From NCBI GenBank assembly GCA_012813795.1, contig GCA_012813795.1_4087.1: a stretch of DNA of 64,000 nt, one strand, 5' to 3'. Numbering within the stretch: position 1 is the first letter of the stretch; each line of letters starts with the position of its first letter. The position numbers and the translations under genes are program-made. Shown here in pieces: positions 19,419 through 28,379 of this stretch. The DNA is from a phage. Below the pieces are notes generated by a model. It made no database searches. It saw only the letters and a program-made list of their open reading frames with translations, and was not told the DNA's origin.

Positions 19419-19725
19419 CTAATATTGCACTCACTATTTCAACAAGAACATCTCCGTGACATGATTTGGGCTTACAAAAGCACCCAAGACGCTTCCCAGC
19501 CAATTCAAGTAGTTCTTCGATAGTAACCTCACCATTATCAATTCTTTGGATAAGATACTCTCTGAACTTCTCAATCGACTCTTCTCGTGTCGGAACTATA
19601 AACTCTGCCTTTGTTTGTTTGTCATTAATGTGGGTAAATGGATTTCCCCATTTAGACCCACGACCAATATACACATCATATGGTTCTTTATATTTGTTAA
19701 CTACAATTGGTTTTAAGTCCATCAT
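19390..19725 (-). CDS. conserved small phage protein (DUF4326-like)
   Basis: 111 aa; motifs [12 protein letters not shown] and [13 protein letters not shown]; inserted between nrdG and the GrcA-like gene. Confidence 0.45.
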   Translation of the reverse strand: MMDLKPIVVNKYKEPYDVYIGRGSKWGNPFTHINDKQTKAEFIVPTREESIEKFREYLIQRIDNGEVTIEELLELAGKRLGCFCKPKSCHGDVLVEIVSAILDELPDDNQG

Positions 19726-20084
19726 AGACCTTTAGTAAAAGTACGATTGATTACATCATCTTGTTGTTCTTTTGTTAGTGAATTGAAACGAACTGCATAA
19801 CCACTAACACGAATTGTAAGTTGCGGATACTTTTCTGGATTATTTTGTGCATCAATGAGTTGTTCTTTAGATAGAACATTTACATTCAAGTGCTGACCAC
19901 CTTCAATATTCGGTGCGTGTTGAATTTCCACATCACGCAGTACCTCACCATCAAAAGTACTCAAAAGTACTTCATCATCTTCGGAAATGGTCTTTGATAC
20001 AATAATACGTGCAATATCATTTTCTATTAGCATGATAGTTCCACGGTGCTCACCAGACATGACTTGTTTACCTTGAATTGACAT
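19722..20084 (-). CDS. autonomous glycyl-radical cofactor (GrcA/YfiD-like, T4 Y06I-type)
   Basis: 120 aa; C-terminus [11 protein letters not shown]...[20 protein letters not shown]...Q.DVI.RTFT is near-identical to the glycyl-radical domain of GrcA. Confidence 0.85.
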   Translation of the reverse strand: MSIQGKQVMSGEHRGTIMLIENDIARIIVSKTISEDDEVLLSTFDGEVLRDVEIQHAPNIEGGQHLNVNVLSKEQLIDAQNNPEKYPQLTIRVSGYAVRFNSLTKEQQDDVINRTFTKGL

Positions 20085-20093
20085 AATATCTCC

Positions 20094-21899
20094 TTACATG
20101 TGTTGTATACGTTGAATAACTTCAGCTTGTTTACCTTTATTGAACGGGCGACTATTTGGGGCACTAAGATATCCCGAAACTCTGCGAATAACCGACATTG
20201 TGCGTTCATTGCGGTTGTCACATACCGGACAATGGAAACCATTTTTATCTACACTAAATTCACCCTCAAAATCACATTCAAAACACTTATCGACCTTCTG
20301 ATTAATACCAAAATATGGAATTTTAGTATAAGCAAAATTTATTAATGTTTCAAGTGCTTGTATATTATTAGCTAGATTTGGTGTTTCAACATAGCTAATA
20401 TTACCACCATTGCTTAGATAAGCAAAGTTTTCCTCATAATCCCATTTAGCAAAAGGTGTACTTTCAACCCATACTGGTTGATGGAATGAGTTAGTGATAA
20501 AGTCACGTTTCAGTACTGAAGGATGTTTTGCCTCAATACAACGTGCAAATTTATAACATAGTGATTCTGCTGGTGTACCGTAAAGACTAAATGCAATGTT
20601 ACTCTCTTTTTTGAATTCATCACATTTTGCTTTCATGTAGTTCAAAATACTCATACAGAACTCTTTACTAATAGAACCAGTGAGGATCTCTGAACACTCA
20701 GATAACCCAACATAACCAATACTGATACTAGCATAACCATTATAAAATAAATGGTCAATAGTGTCTTCAGGATCAAGACGTGCAATCGCACCTTCAGCGA
20801 AAAGTATAGGGTTTTGTTTTGCCTTTGTACCTTTTAAACGTTCTACACGGTTCATCTGTGCTCTGTAAGCAATATTCATGTGCTCATCAATCTTATCAAA
20901 GAAATCACCATCAGACTCACTCTCAAGAGCAATTAGTGGTAAGTTGATAGACACAACGCCAAGGTTGAATCTACCATTGTATTTTTCTTCTCCTTGTATA
21001 TTTTCCCATTTCCCTAAGAAACTTCTGCATCCCATAGGAGTAACAGGAATAGTTGTGCTTCCAGTAACTTTTTGATTCAAAGGTACGGATACAAAATCAG
21101 GATAGATGCGTTTAGCTGCACAACGCATAGCTAATTGTTTTAAGTCATAATTACAATCAGTACTGTTCATATTAATTCCATCCTGAAGAAAGAATATTAC
21201 TTTAGGAAATACTGGAGTAATCTTATCTTTACCTAGTCCATTTTCATGTACTTTCAAATATTGTTCAGTGATTAGTTTTTCAAATTTAGATGTACCTAAT
21301 CCTAAACTCAAAGAAATGAACGCAGCCTGGCCATTAGTACTGATCATTGAGTTTGTTTGATATAGAATTGTTTGACAACCGTCATAAACTTCCTTACGCA
21401 ACTCATCTTCGATGAATTCAGTGCTAAGATTGTATTTCTTTTGTTTTTCTAGGAGTTTATCCCATGACTTTTGTACATATGGTGCAAGGCCAGTGTCAAT
21501 GTGAGCCAACGACTGACCACCGTATTGTGAGCTTGCAACAGCCTGAACGATCTGGGTTAGTACTGTACAAGCTACCCCAAAGCTTTTTGGTTCTTCAATC
21601 TTGGCACAACCAATCATGAAGCCATTAGCAAGCATATCAGGATAATTAACTAAACAACAGTTTGTTAATGGGCTAATGTAATAGTCTAAATCATGAATAT
21701 GACCGTAACCTTCATTATGCCACTTCATCAATTCATCAGGAATCACATCTTGGGAATAATGTTTAGAAAGAATACCTGCCAATAAATCACGATGTGTATT
21801 AACACATTTAGCGTCTTTATTTGCATTTTCGTTTGTTAAATCAGCGTTACTCTGGTTGAGGAAGTTAGTTACGTCCGTATATAATTTATCTATTTGCAT
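20094..21899 (-). CDS. nrdD: anaerobic ribonucleoside-triphosphate reductase
   Basis: 601 aa; C-terminal Zn-ribbon (CFECD...CPVCDN) followed by glycyl-radical motif RRVSGYL; ATG at 21897-21899 with AAGGAA RBS. Confidence 0.9.
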   Translation of the reverse strand: MQIDKLYTDVTNFLNQSNADLTNENANKDAKCVNTHRDLLAGILSKHYSQDVIPDELMKWHNEGYGHIHDLDYYISPLTNCCLVNYPDMLANGFMIGCAKIEEPKSFGVACTVLTQIVQAVASSQYGGQSLAHIDTGLAPYVQKSWDKLLEKQKKYNLSTEFIEDELRKEVYDGCQTILYQTNSMISTNGQAAFISLSLGLGTSKFEKLITEQYLKVHENGLGKDKITPVFPKVIFFLQDGINMNSTDCNYDLKQLAMRCAAKRIYPDFVSVPLNQKVTGSTTIPVTPMGCRSFLGKWENIQGEEKYNGRFNLGVVSINLPLIALESESDGDFFDKIDEHMNIAYRAQMNRVERLKGTKAKQNPILFAEGAIARLDPEDTIDHLFYNGYASISIGYVGLSECSEILTGSISKEFCMSILNYMKAKCDEFKKESNIAFSLYGTPAESLCYKFARCIEAKHPSVLKRDFITNSFHQPVWVESTPFAKWDYEENFAYLSNGGNISYVETPNLANNIQALETLINFAYTKIPYFGINQKVDKCFECDFEGEFSVDKNGFHCPVCDNRNERTMSVIRRVSGYLSAPNSRPFNKGKQAEVIQRIQHM

Positions 21900-22036
21900 T
21901 TCACATTCCTTGTATGTTATTCGTTTGGGTGAATTTATTTAACTTCAACAAAGAGCATTATAGCCTCATATTGGCCTTTTTCTCTTGACCTAAATCAAGG
22001 AAAAGTGCAATTGATTAAGTACTGTACAAACACAAA

Positions 22037-22055
22037 AAGCACCACTTGGGTGCTT
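22037..22055 (-). terminator. candidate intrinsic terminator (minus strand)
   Basis: Stem AAGCACC/GGTGCTT followed by a short T-run; stem sequence is the same family as the hairpin at 18768. Confidence 0.4.
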
Positions 22056-22132
22056 TATAGAATAGACAAAATAACAACTGACCAGATTAGCATAACATAT
22101 AAATTGCAATTACACAGCATCCAATGAATAGT

Positions 22133-22318
22133 TTAATTAGTCTCATCTGGACTCCATGTAATAGTTACAGTAAATGTACCTTCCTGGAAGCCATATTCAT
22201 CTTGTGGGATTTGTTCAGCTAATGGGTTAAATCTTGAATCAAAAGCTTCATGCACATCTCTTTGGATATCATATAGACTTTCACCATCATATTCTTTTTT
22301 GAAGATTTCATTCTGCAT
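22133..22318 (-). CDS. hypothetical protein
   Basis: 61-aa track ORF, acidic. Confidence 0.45.
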   Translation of the reverse strand: MQNEIFKKEYDGESLYDIQRDVHEAFDSRFNPLAEQIPQDEYGFQEGTFTVTITWSPDETN

Positions 22319-22718
22319 TTAAACGTAACGACCCTCTGAATGTGTCTGGATAACTGTCTAATAGATCGATTAGTCTATTAAACGCATGAGTACTGATGAA
22401 TGGATGTTTCTTCGCGAGTTCGATGCGTTTCTCAAAATCCATTAATGTAATCTCGGTTCTATTGAAACTACCTTTACGTCTGTACGTTAGTAAACGCTCT
22501 TTGTGTCCATTAAGCTGGAAATCAAAATATGTTGTTGTAGTATAATCACTATCATCACTGATAGGCTTTGAAAAATCCAGATTATACGTAGAACCAAATG
22601 CGAAAAAGAAACCACCATCTTCCAATGGGATATCTTTATCGCTTAGATTGAAATCTGATTCATCGCATAAAATATCAAATATCTTTCTACTTAATTTTAG
22701 AAACTCATCTTCTAACAT
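22308..22718 (-). CDS. hypothetical protein
   Basis: 136-aa track ORF. Confidence 0.5.
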   Translation of the reverse strand: MLEDEFLKLSRKIFDILCDESDFNLSDKDIPLEDGGFFFAFGSTYNLDFSKPISDDSDYTTTTYFDFQLNGHKERLLTYRRKGSFNRTEITLMDFEKRIELAKKHPFISTHAFNRLIDLLDSYPDTFRGSLRLNAE

Positions 22719-22720
22719 AG

Positions 22721-22942
22721 TTATTCCTCGTTTTCATTTGGAATACAATATACAAATACTAAATGCTTAAAGTGATCAGTACTGGAATATAATGCCAATT
22801 CATGTAATGGGAAATTTGTATCTTTAAATTTACCATTTTCGTATATAGTTATTTGTAACGAATGTTTTGGCTCAAAAATATAATAGTACATTATTGATTC
22901 ACCAAAAAGTACAGTATGGTGCTGATATCGTTCAATTTTCAT
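22721..22942 (-). CDS. hypothetical protein
   Basis: Track ORF 22721..22990 trimmed to the ATG (MKIERYQ) that overlaps the upstream TGA stop as ATGA. Confidence 0.5.
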   Translation of the reverse strand: MKIERYQHHTVLFGESIMYYYIFEPKHSLQITIYENGKFKDTNFPLHELALYSSTDHFKHLVFVYCIPNENEE

Positions 22943-23307
22943 GTATGGATAATCTCTTTTACCCCGTACTCCTGAATTGCTAATGTACAAATCTCACAAG
23001 GTTTAGCTGGTACTGGGATACCATCTTTGCTTACACGAGCGATAAGAAGAGTATGTACTTCAGCACGAGCAGCAAGAAGACACGAAATTTCAGCGTGTAA
23101 AAATTCCCCTTGTGGACGACCAGCACGAATTGCAAAGCCTTTCTGCTTAGGGTGAGTCTGTGTGTAAGAGTTGGTACGAGTAGCCAGTACTCGACCTTTC
23201 TTATCCAGTGCACGAGCAATTACTCTATACCGTTTGTAATTGCCAACTTGTTCAATCGGCGGCATCTCACGGAGTTCTTCTACCAGTTTAAGCAATTTCG
23301 GGTTCAT
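22939..23307 (-). CDS. small cytidine/deoxycytidylate-deaminase-fold protein
   Basis: 122 aa; zinc-deaminase motifs HAE (HAEISCL) and PCxxC (PCEIC); distinct from the canonical dCMP deaminase at 43989. Confidence 0.65.
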   Translation of the reverse strand: MNPKLLKLVEELREMPPIEQVGNYKRYRVIARALDKKGRVLATRTNSYTQTHPKQKGFAIRAGRPQGEFLHAEISCLLAARAEVHTLLIARVSKDGIPVPAKPCEICTLAIQEYGVKEIIHT

Positions 23308-23921
23308 ATGTTGTAGTCTATACCTTTTCTAAGTGATTCCTCAAGCACCCATAGTTTACATTCCTCGGATTGTAAATGTTTGTTTGCCTCTTCTTGTTCT
23401 TCTATTGTACAAGTTTTGAGGAATTCTTTCAAGGCTTTTATTGTACCTTTAATGTTTTCAATATCACCTGGAATATAATCAAGTTCAATTTCAGATAATT
23501 TTGAGTTCTCCCATGTGTTACGAAGTTCTTCTGGTTGGAACATTGATGAAGGAAAAACACTTTTCGTCACTACACGCTGATGTACAGAATCATACTTAGC
23601 TTCCGCTTCTTCTTGTGTGTAATCACCGTACTTTTCTAGGATCTTGGTGTATAAATTATCAATTGCTTCTTCATATGTATCACCACCACAATCCAACTCG
23701 TACTCATGTCCACGAACAAACTTCCCTTCGTCTTCATCGAAAAAAGGAGTTAGCATTTCGATCCAGTACTGTGTTTTTGTATTCAGGGCCGGATAATCTT
23801 CAATTCGATTTGTGATGGGACATACATCGTGTGGCTCAACATCAATGCGAGCATCAACGTAGTCTTTATTGATAAATTCAGGGTGTCCCAAAATCCACCA
23901 GTACTTTTGTGATGTAGTCAT
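23304..23921 (-). CDS. hypothetical protein
   Basis: 205-aa track ORF, acidic. Confidence 0.55.
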   Translation of the reverse strand: MTTSQKYWWILGHPEFINKDYVDARIDVEPHDVCPITNRIEDYPALNTKTQYWIEMLTPFFDEDEGKFVRGHEYELDCGGDTYEEAIDNLYTKILEKYGDYTQEEAEAKYDSVHQRVVTKSVFPSSMFQPEELRNTWENSKLSEIELDYIPGDIENIKGTIKALKEFLKTCTIEEQEEANKHLQSEECKLWVLEESLRKGIDYNI

Positions 23922-23965
23922 ATAGTCTCCATAAAAAGTACTGCCACATGGACAGTACTGAACTA

Positions 23966-24769
23966 TTAGTAGTCTTCGTTATATGCAAAAGCGTAATGAG
24001 AAATTAGTTTATCGTTATACGATACTAAGGTGTAATGTCTACCTTCATCTGATTCAAATAAGCGGTATTCGATTTGACCCCATTTTTCTTTTTTAATGCG
24101 TTTTGCTTTTTCAACATCATATTCTTGCTTTAGGAATGCTTTACAATCAGCAGTCGTTTTGATATCAACGGAATCGGGACTATACAATGAACGCCCAATA
24201 ACTTCAGACATAAAGGCATTAATACCTTTATTCTTACTTTCATCAATATCCATATGACTTTCAAAAGTGCCAATTTCAATCAATTCTAAATTAGAAAGCT
24301 TACTCCATTCTATTAATGTAATATTATCAAGAAGGCAGTAATCATCTTCAAGTTCACCGATATTGGTTTTCATACCAAACATTAGATAAGTTCCATCATT
24401 TGCAGTATCCGGTTTACCTAAAACGACAGTTCCATCACAATTGTTTAATGCACATTTTAGGTCATCTGCTTCTTCTTCACAATCAACATCGGCATTTTTA
24501 TAAATCGTATCAAAAACCCATTGTTTGTCATGTAACGGAATAACAAAATCATCAACATTGGTAATCTGTTCTTTCCAATCTAGTAATGGACTTACGGTTT
24601 GATTGATTTCTGGAATAACTAAAACGTTTGGTTCAGAAACTACTTCATCATATACATTAACATCTTCATAAGTGACGAGAAGAGAACGAGAAGGTTTAGG
24701 ACATTTCAATGTATGTGGTTCATGGTAGAATTTAGTTTTTGAACAATGCTTACAGATTGGATTCGACAT
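23966..24769 (-). CDS. hypothetical protein
   Basis: Track ORF 23966..24937 trimmed to the ATG (MSNPICKHCSK) with GAGGA RBS, which removes the long overlap with the upstream gene; N-terminal Cys pairs. Confidence 0.55.
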   Translation of the reverse strand: MSNPICKHCSKTKFYHEPHTLKCPKPSRSLLVTYEDVNVYDEVVSEPNVLVIPEINQTVSPLLDWKEQITNVDDFVIPLHDKQWVFDTIYKNADVDCEEEADDLKCALNNCDGTVVLGKPDTANDGTYLMFGMKTNIGELEDDYCLLDNITLIEWSKLSNLELIEIGTFESHMDIDESKNKGINAFMSEVIGRSLYSPDSVDIKTTADCKAFLKQEYDVEKAKRIKKEKWGQIEYRLFESDEGRHYTLVSYNDKLISHYAFAYNEDY

Positions 24770-24779
24770 GGATTGATCC

Positions 24780-25139
24780 TCAGATATAACGTTTCTTTTT
24801 ATAATCATACCCGATTGCTTTATAAAAGTCAAACAATGAAGCATGGGTAAACGTAGGTAATAGATCATATGGGTGCTGATAGTTTGCAATGCCAACAATT
24901 TTAAGCATTGATACCGCAGTTCTTGCATTATCTTCATCCCATTCGTCTAAACGCCAAAGGGAACAAAGCACTGCTCGTTCATGTTGCTTACCGAGAAAGA
25001 ATTCAGCTTCACGGTCACGGAATGCACCTACGCTGATAGTACTTTTGTACCAGTCTTTCTCACCATAAGCTGGTAGACGAATGATGTGCTTTTCTTCAGC
25101 TTTACCAAAACGATGTAGGAATGCAACATAATCACTCAT
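24780..25139 (-). CDS. hypothetical protein
   Basis: 119-aa track ORF. Confidence 0.5.
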   Translation of the reverse strand: MSDYVAFLHRFGKAEEKHIIRLPAYGEKDWYKSTISVGAFRDREAEFFLGKQHERAVLCSLWRLDEWDEDNARTAVSMLKIVGIANYQHPYDLLPTFTHASLFDFYKAIGYDYKKKRYI

Positions 25140-25161
25140 AGTTTATATCCCATTACGTCTT

Positions 25162-25395
25162 TCATTGAGCATCCCTTGGGACTGTTGTTAAGCGTTTGCG
25201 GTTAACAATTTTGCGACACATAAGATTTAGATCCTGTCCGTGACGCATCTCATGACAGGCATAGAGTGTGCCATTATGATTCAGTTTAGTTAAGTCCTTA
25301 CGGATCATTTCTGCATCCATCTCGTTAACTTTAGGTGCACAGCCGACGAGTAAGGTTGTCCCAGCAACTAAACAAGAAATGATAATCTTTTTCAT
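25162..25395 (-). CDS. small lipoprotein
   Basis: 77 aa; signal peptide with lipobox LLVGC. Confidence 0.5.
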   Translation of the reverse strand: MKKIIISCLVAGTTLLVGCAPKVNEMDAEMIRKDLTKLNHNGTLYACHEMRHGQDLNLMCRKIVNRKRLTTVPRDAQ

Positions 25396-25602
25396 GAATT
25401 AATCCTCTTTGTAAATGTATTGTAATTTTGTTTCACCATTAATGACATACATCTGATTACTTTCTAGTAAACAGTTATCTGGTGCTTCTTCAAACACTGA
25501 ATAGTATTGTGTACTGTATTTAAAGTCCATTAGTGAACAAGATGATATTAACATTAATACTAATACATATGCAAGTCTTTTTATGATTATTTTCCAATGT
25601 TT

Positions 25603-26253
25603 TTAAGTTTTGGTCTTAGCTAATGCAATCTGGATTCGTGTAATGAACTCACGCTCAATTTCATCGGCATTTGTACCTTGGTATTGCGTCTTGAATAGTT
25701 CCATAGCTTTAAGTGCCATTTGTACTGAAATGTCAGCAATGCTCTCAGTACTGGAATTGTCAAATACACATTTGAGGCTTAGTTCACCGTCACTTACATC
25801 ATCTACTAAAATTGGCGTTTTGTTCTGTTCATCAATGTAACGCAACGCTTTGTACTCTGCTTTGGTTAGATTTTCATACCAACGCGGATGGTTGAACAAA
25901 TCATACATTGTAACTTTCGCTGATTCCATGAGAAGCAATAGCTCTTCATTTCTGCGAATATGTTTTTCTTCACCTTTGTGATTTTTGTAAGCATATGCAC
26001 AACGCATAATGGCTAAACGAACTTCACCTGCTTTGGTGATAGTATATGAATGTGTTGCATTATCATAATCACTTTCCCATTGCTGTCCAGCGTATTCATA
26101 CCAAAGATCATTAGTTTCCCATTTCAGGAAATCAAATTCCAATAAATTATCAATCAACTTAGCCATATGACCAACGTATTCTCGGCTAATAATATTGAAA
26201 GAACCGTTATGTTTAGCGTGATACAGAATCTTTTCTTGAGTTACATTTTTCAT
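25603..26253 (-). CDS. hypothetical protein
   Basis: 216-aa track ORF. Confidence 0.55.
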   Translation of the reverse strand: MKNVTQEKILYHAKHNGSFNIISREYVGHMAKLIDNLLEFDFLKWETNDLWYEYAGQQWESDYDNATHSYTITKAGEVRLAIMRCAYAYKNHKGEEKHIRRNEELLLLMESAKVTMYDLFNHPRWYENLTKAEYKALRYIDEQNKTPILVDDVSDGELSLKCVFDNSSTESIADISVQMALKAMELFKTQYQGTNADEIEREFITRIQIALAKTKT

Positions 26254-26582
26254 TACATGTAATCCTTGATATATTTTAGAAGTTTAGATTTCTCTTCAGT
26301 ACTTAATGATTTCTTGTTCATTAAATGTTTCATTTCTTGACGTTCAATTTCTTCGCGACGTTGTGATTCTAACTGCAAACGGATATTGTATTCTTCATCC
26401 GTTTCTTCTCGTGTCCAAATTACATTGTATCCATCGAAACCGCCGTAACCACCGTCTGGTGAAAGACTAATGTGTCCCTTGTACTCTGCACGGTACTTAT
26501 TAAGAGTGTCAATCAATGTATCAATACAACACTGTTCAATTTCAATATAGCCAATAACTACATCAACATCAACTTTGCTCAT
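26253..26582 (-). CDS. hypothetical protein
   Basis: Track ORF 26253..26744 trimmed to the internal ATG (MSKVDVDVV) downstream of the terminator hairpin. Confidence 0.45.
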   Translation of the reverse strand: MSKVDVDVVIGYIEIEQCCIDTLIDTLNKYRAEYKGHISLSPDGGYGGFDGYNVIWTREETDEEYNIRLQLESQRREEIERQEMKHLMNKKSLSTEEKSKLLKYIKDYM

Positions 26583-26603
26583 AACGTTTAACCTATAAAA
26601 ATA

Positions 26604-26619
26604 GGGAGCATTAGCTCCC
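26604..26619 (-). terminator. hairpin terminator (T-rich on both sides)
   Basis: Stem GGGAGC/GCTCCC with 4-nt loop, flanked by T-rich tracts on both strands; overlaps the stop of 26611..27168. Confidence 0.45.
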
Positions 26620-27168
26620 TTTGTATTGTTTTTTACGCTTAGTACTGTATTTCCAGCCAGTACTGTGTCTTGTTCTAAAATCGTCCCAATATGTCGGTAG
26701 TGAACGCATCTTGCGTTTTCCACGAATATCAGGTTCACCATCATCCTTCAGTACTGCACACGCCATACGACGCTCTTGTTGGGTCTTAGGACGTTTGTAG
26801 CGAGAATGGTTATGCTTGTACATGTAAGAGCGTTTGTGTCGCCATTCGGTGTCACGGGCCTTACGTTTATGTTCCCAGTACTCATTATAGAGAACCATGT
26901 ATTCACCCATAAGTAAATCAGGCGATACTAATAAACCTTTTTCAGTACAGAGATAATAACCGACAAACTTTTCAGGATACATTTCGTAATAGAAACGATT
27001 TTTCCAGAATGATTCACGATTCTTCTTGTTGAACTCGGATAAATCAAATTTCATTTTGCTGTGAAATAGATCAACCCCTTCGTGGTCAGCAATATATTGT
27101 AGAAGATTATCAACAATCTCTACTTTTCCAGAATCATGGTACAACGTAAATGTTTGGTCAAAGAACAT
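26611..27168 (-). CDS. hypothetical protein with highly basic C-terminal tail
   Basis: 185 aa; C-terminal ~70 aa rich in K/R/H/Y. Confidence 0.5.
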   Translation of the reverse strand: MFFDQTFTLYHDSGKVEIVDNLLQYIADHEGVDLFHSKMKFDLSEFNKKNRESFWKNRFYYEMYPEKFVGYYLCTEKGLLVSPDLLMGEYMVLYNEYWEHKRKARDTEWRHKRSYMYKHNHSRYKRPKTQQERRMACAVLKDDGEPDIRGKRKMRSLPTYWDDFRTRHSTGWKYSTKRKKQYKGS

Positions 27169-27231
27169 ATTATTTTCTCCATTAAGTTAAAGTTCCTTAA
27201 TGGAAAGTCATGCGACCTCTGAAAGTATCTT

Positions 27232-27978
27232 TCATACATCCTCCTTGGGGTATAATTTTCTAAATTCAGTCATCAGTTTGTTGCGAATCGGTTTCGCATA
27301 ATCAATAACAGCTTGTGCTTTTACATGATAATCACCATATGTTTCATCATATATCTTATAGATGTTGTCGCGAATGTTCAGCATTTCAAGCACATCAAAC
27401 TCTTGTTTCATTGACGCAATATTCATTTCATGTTCAGTATTGGATCTGTACAGATTGTAATAATGCGTAATGATATAGATGAAGTGAATGCTATGCCAGA
27501 TGTTCTTCAGTCCTAACATCTTATCGTAATCTTCCAGTACTGTCAACTTCTTTTTTCCTTTATTAAAGGCTTTATCTGATGCAGTACTGCAAATTTTACG
27601 AATCTCACTGTTACGGCGTGTCATCATAACCGAACCGATATGACCAAGGTACATCAAAAGATGATTTGCACATTTCGGTACAATAGTACCAAAACCGATG
27701 GTATAGTATTTAACATCACCACGCATTAATTCGACACGAAGATGATTGAGAGTCATACATTCAATATTGACAGGTATATCAATACAATCTAATTTTACAG
27801 AGAACTCACCTTCTTCAAACTCTTCTGGTACTATATTAATAACATCAATATCATTTGGTAATTTGTCATCATACTTATACAAACAAAAAGTATTCCACGA
27901 ACCATAGATAAATGGGCATTTATAACCAATTTTGATTAGTTCGGTGATGATTGCTTCGGTTTGTTTTTCAAGATCCAT
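27232..27978 (-). CDS. hypothetical protein (possible minimal nucleotidyltransferase fold)
   Basis: 248 aa; N-terminal YGSWNTF...NDIDV weakly resembles the GS...DxD nucleotidyltransferase motif. Confidence 0.5.
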   Translation of the reverse strand: MDLEKQTEAIITELIKIGYKCPFIYGSWNTFCLYKYDDKLPNDIDVINIVPEEFEEGEFSVKLDCIDIPVNIECMTLNHLRVELMRGDVKYYTIGFGTIVPKCANHLLMYLGHIGSVMMTRRNSEIRKICSTASDKAFNKGKKKLTVLEDYDKMLGLKNIWHSIHFIYIITHYYNLYRSNTEHEMNIASMKQEFDVLEMLNIRDNIYKIYDETYGDYHVKAQAVIDYAKPIRNKLMTEFRKLYPKEDV

Positions 27979-27997
27979 AGTTTACCACCAATAAAAA

Positions 27998-28019
27998 ATC
28001 CCTGCCAATTGACAGGGAT
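27998..28019 (-). terminator. intrinsic terminator (minus strand)
   Basis: Stem ATCCCTG/CAGGGAT with 8-nt loop, followed on the minus strand by T5. Confidence 0.55.
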
Positions 28020-28122
28020 GAAAAACTTACTGAAATAACACATGGAGTTCTTTTTAAATTCATAAAAAGTATTATTATTCTTATGAAAGTATTTATTAAG
28101 AACTCCAAAAAAACGCGTTAAA

Positions 28123-28311
28123 TCAAAAACCTTTTTGTGCAACCAGTTCACGATATTGTGCACGTGTTAGTACACCTTGCTTACGTAGAGACTGAAGCCC
28201 ACTTAAAGTTTCAGCTTTACGTAGCTCATAAGTGCGTTGTTCTTTGGATTGAATAACTTTCACTTTTTTAACTTTAACTTCTGGTTCTTTTTTCTTAGGT
28301 TGTTTAGCCAT
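28123..28311 (-). CDS. small basic protein
   Basis: 62 aa; Lys-rich N-terminus (MAKQPKKKEPEVKVKKVKV). Confidence 0.45.
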   Translation of the reverse strand: MAKQPKKKEPEVKVKKVKVIQSKEQRTYELRKAETLSGLQSLRKQGVLTRAQYRELVAQKGF

Positions 28312-28379
28312 GATTTACTTCCTTCTTCGATAATGGTGTGTTCATTATAGCAATGAACACATTTAATGTCAATAATAGA

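Noticed and set aside
20084-20094. Intron or frameshift splitting nrdD from the GrcA-like ORF
   Set aside because: NrdD already ends with its own Zn-ribbon and glycyl-radical motif (RRVSGYL) and the 120-aa ORF has its own ATG; these are two separate genes.
25399-25554. 51-aa minus-strand ORF in the 200-bp gap upstream of the lipoprotein gene
   Set aside because: No Shine-Dalgarno-like sequence before either candidate ATG; the gap may hold regulatory sequence instead.
27168-27232. AT-rich hairpin CCATTAAG...CTTAATGG as a terminator
   Set aside because: Weak AT-only stem and no T-run on the transcribed strand.
27936-28163. 75-aa ORF between 27232..27978 and 28123..28311
   Set aside because: It runs across the terminator at about 27998-28019 and overlaps both neighbours.
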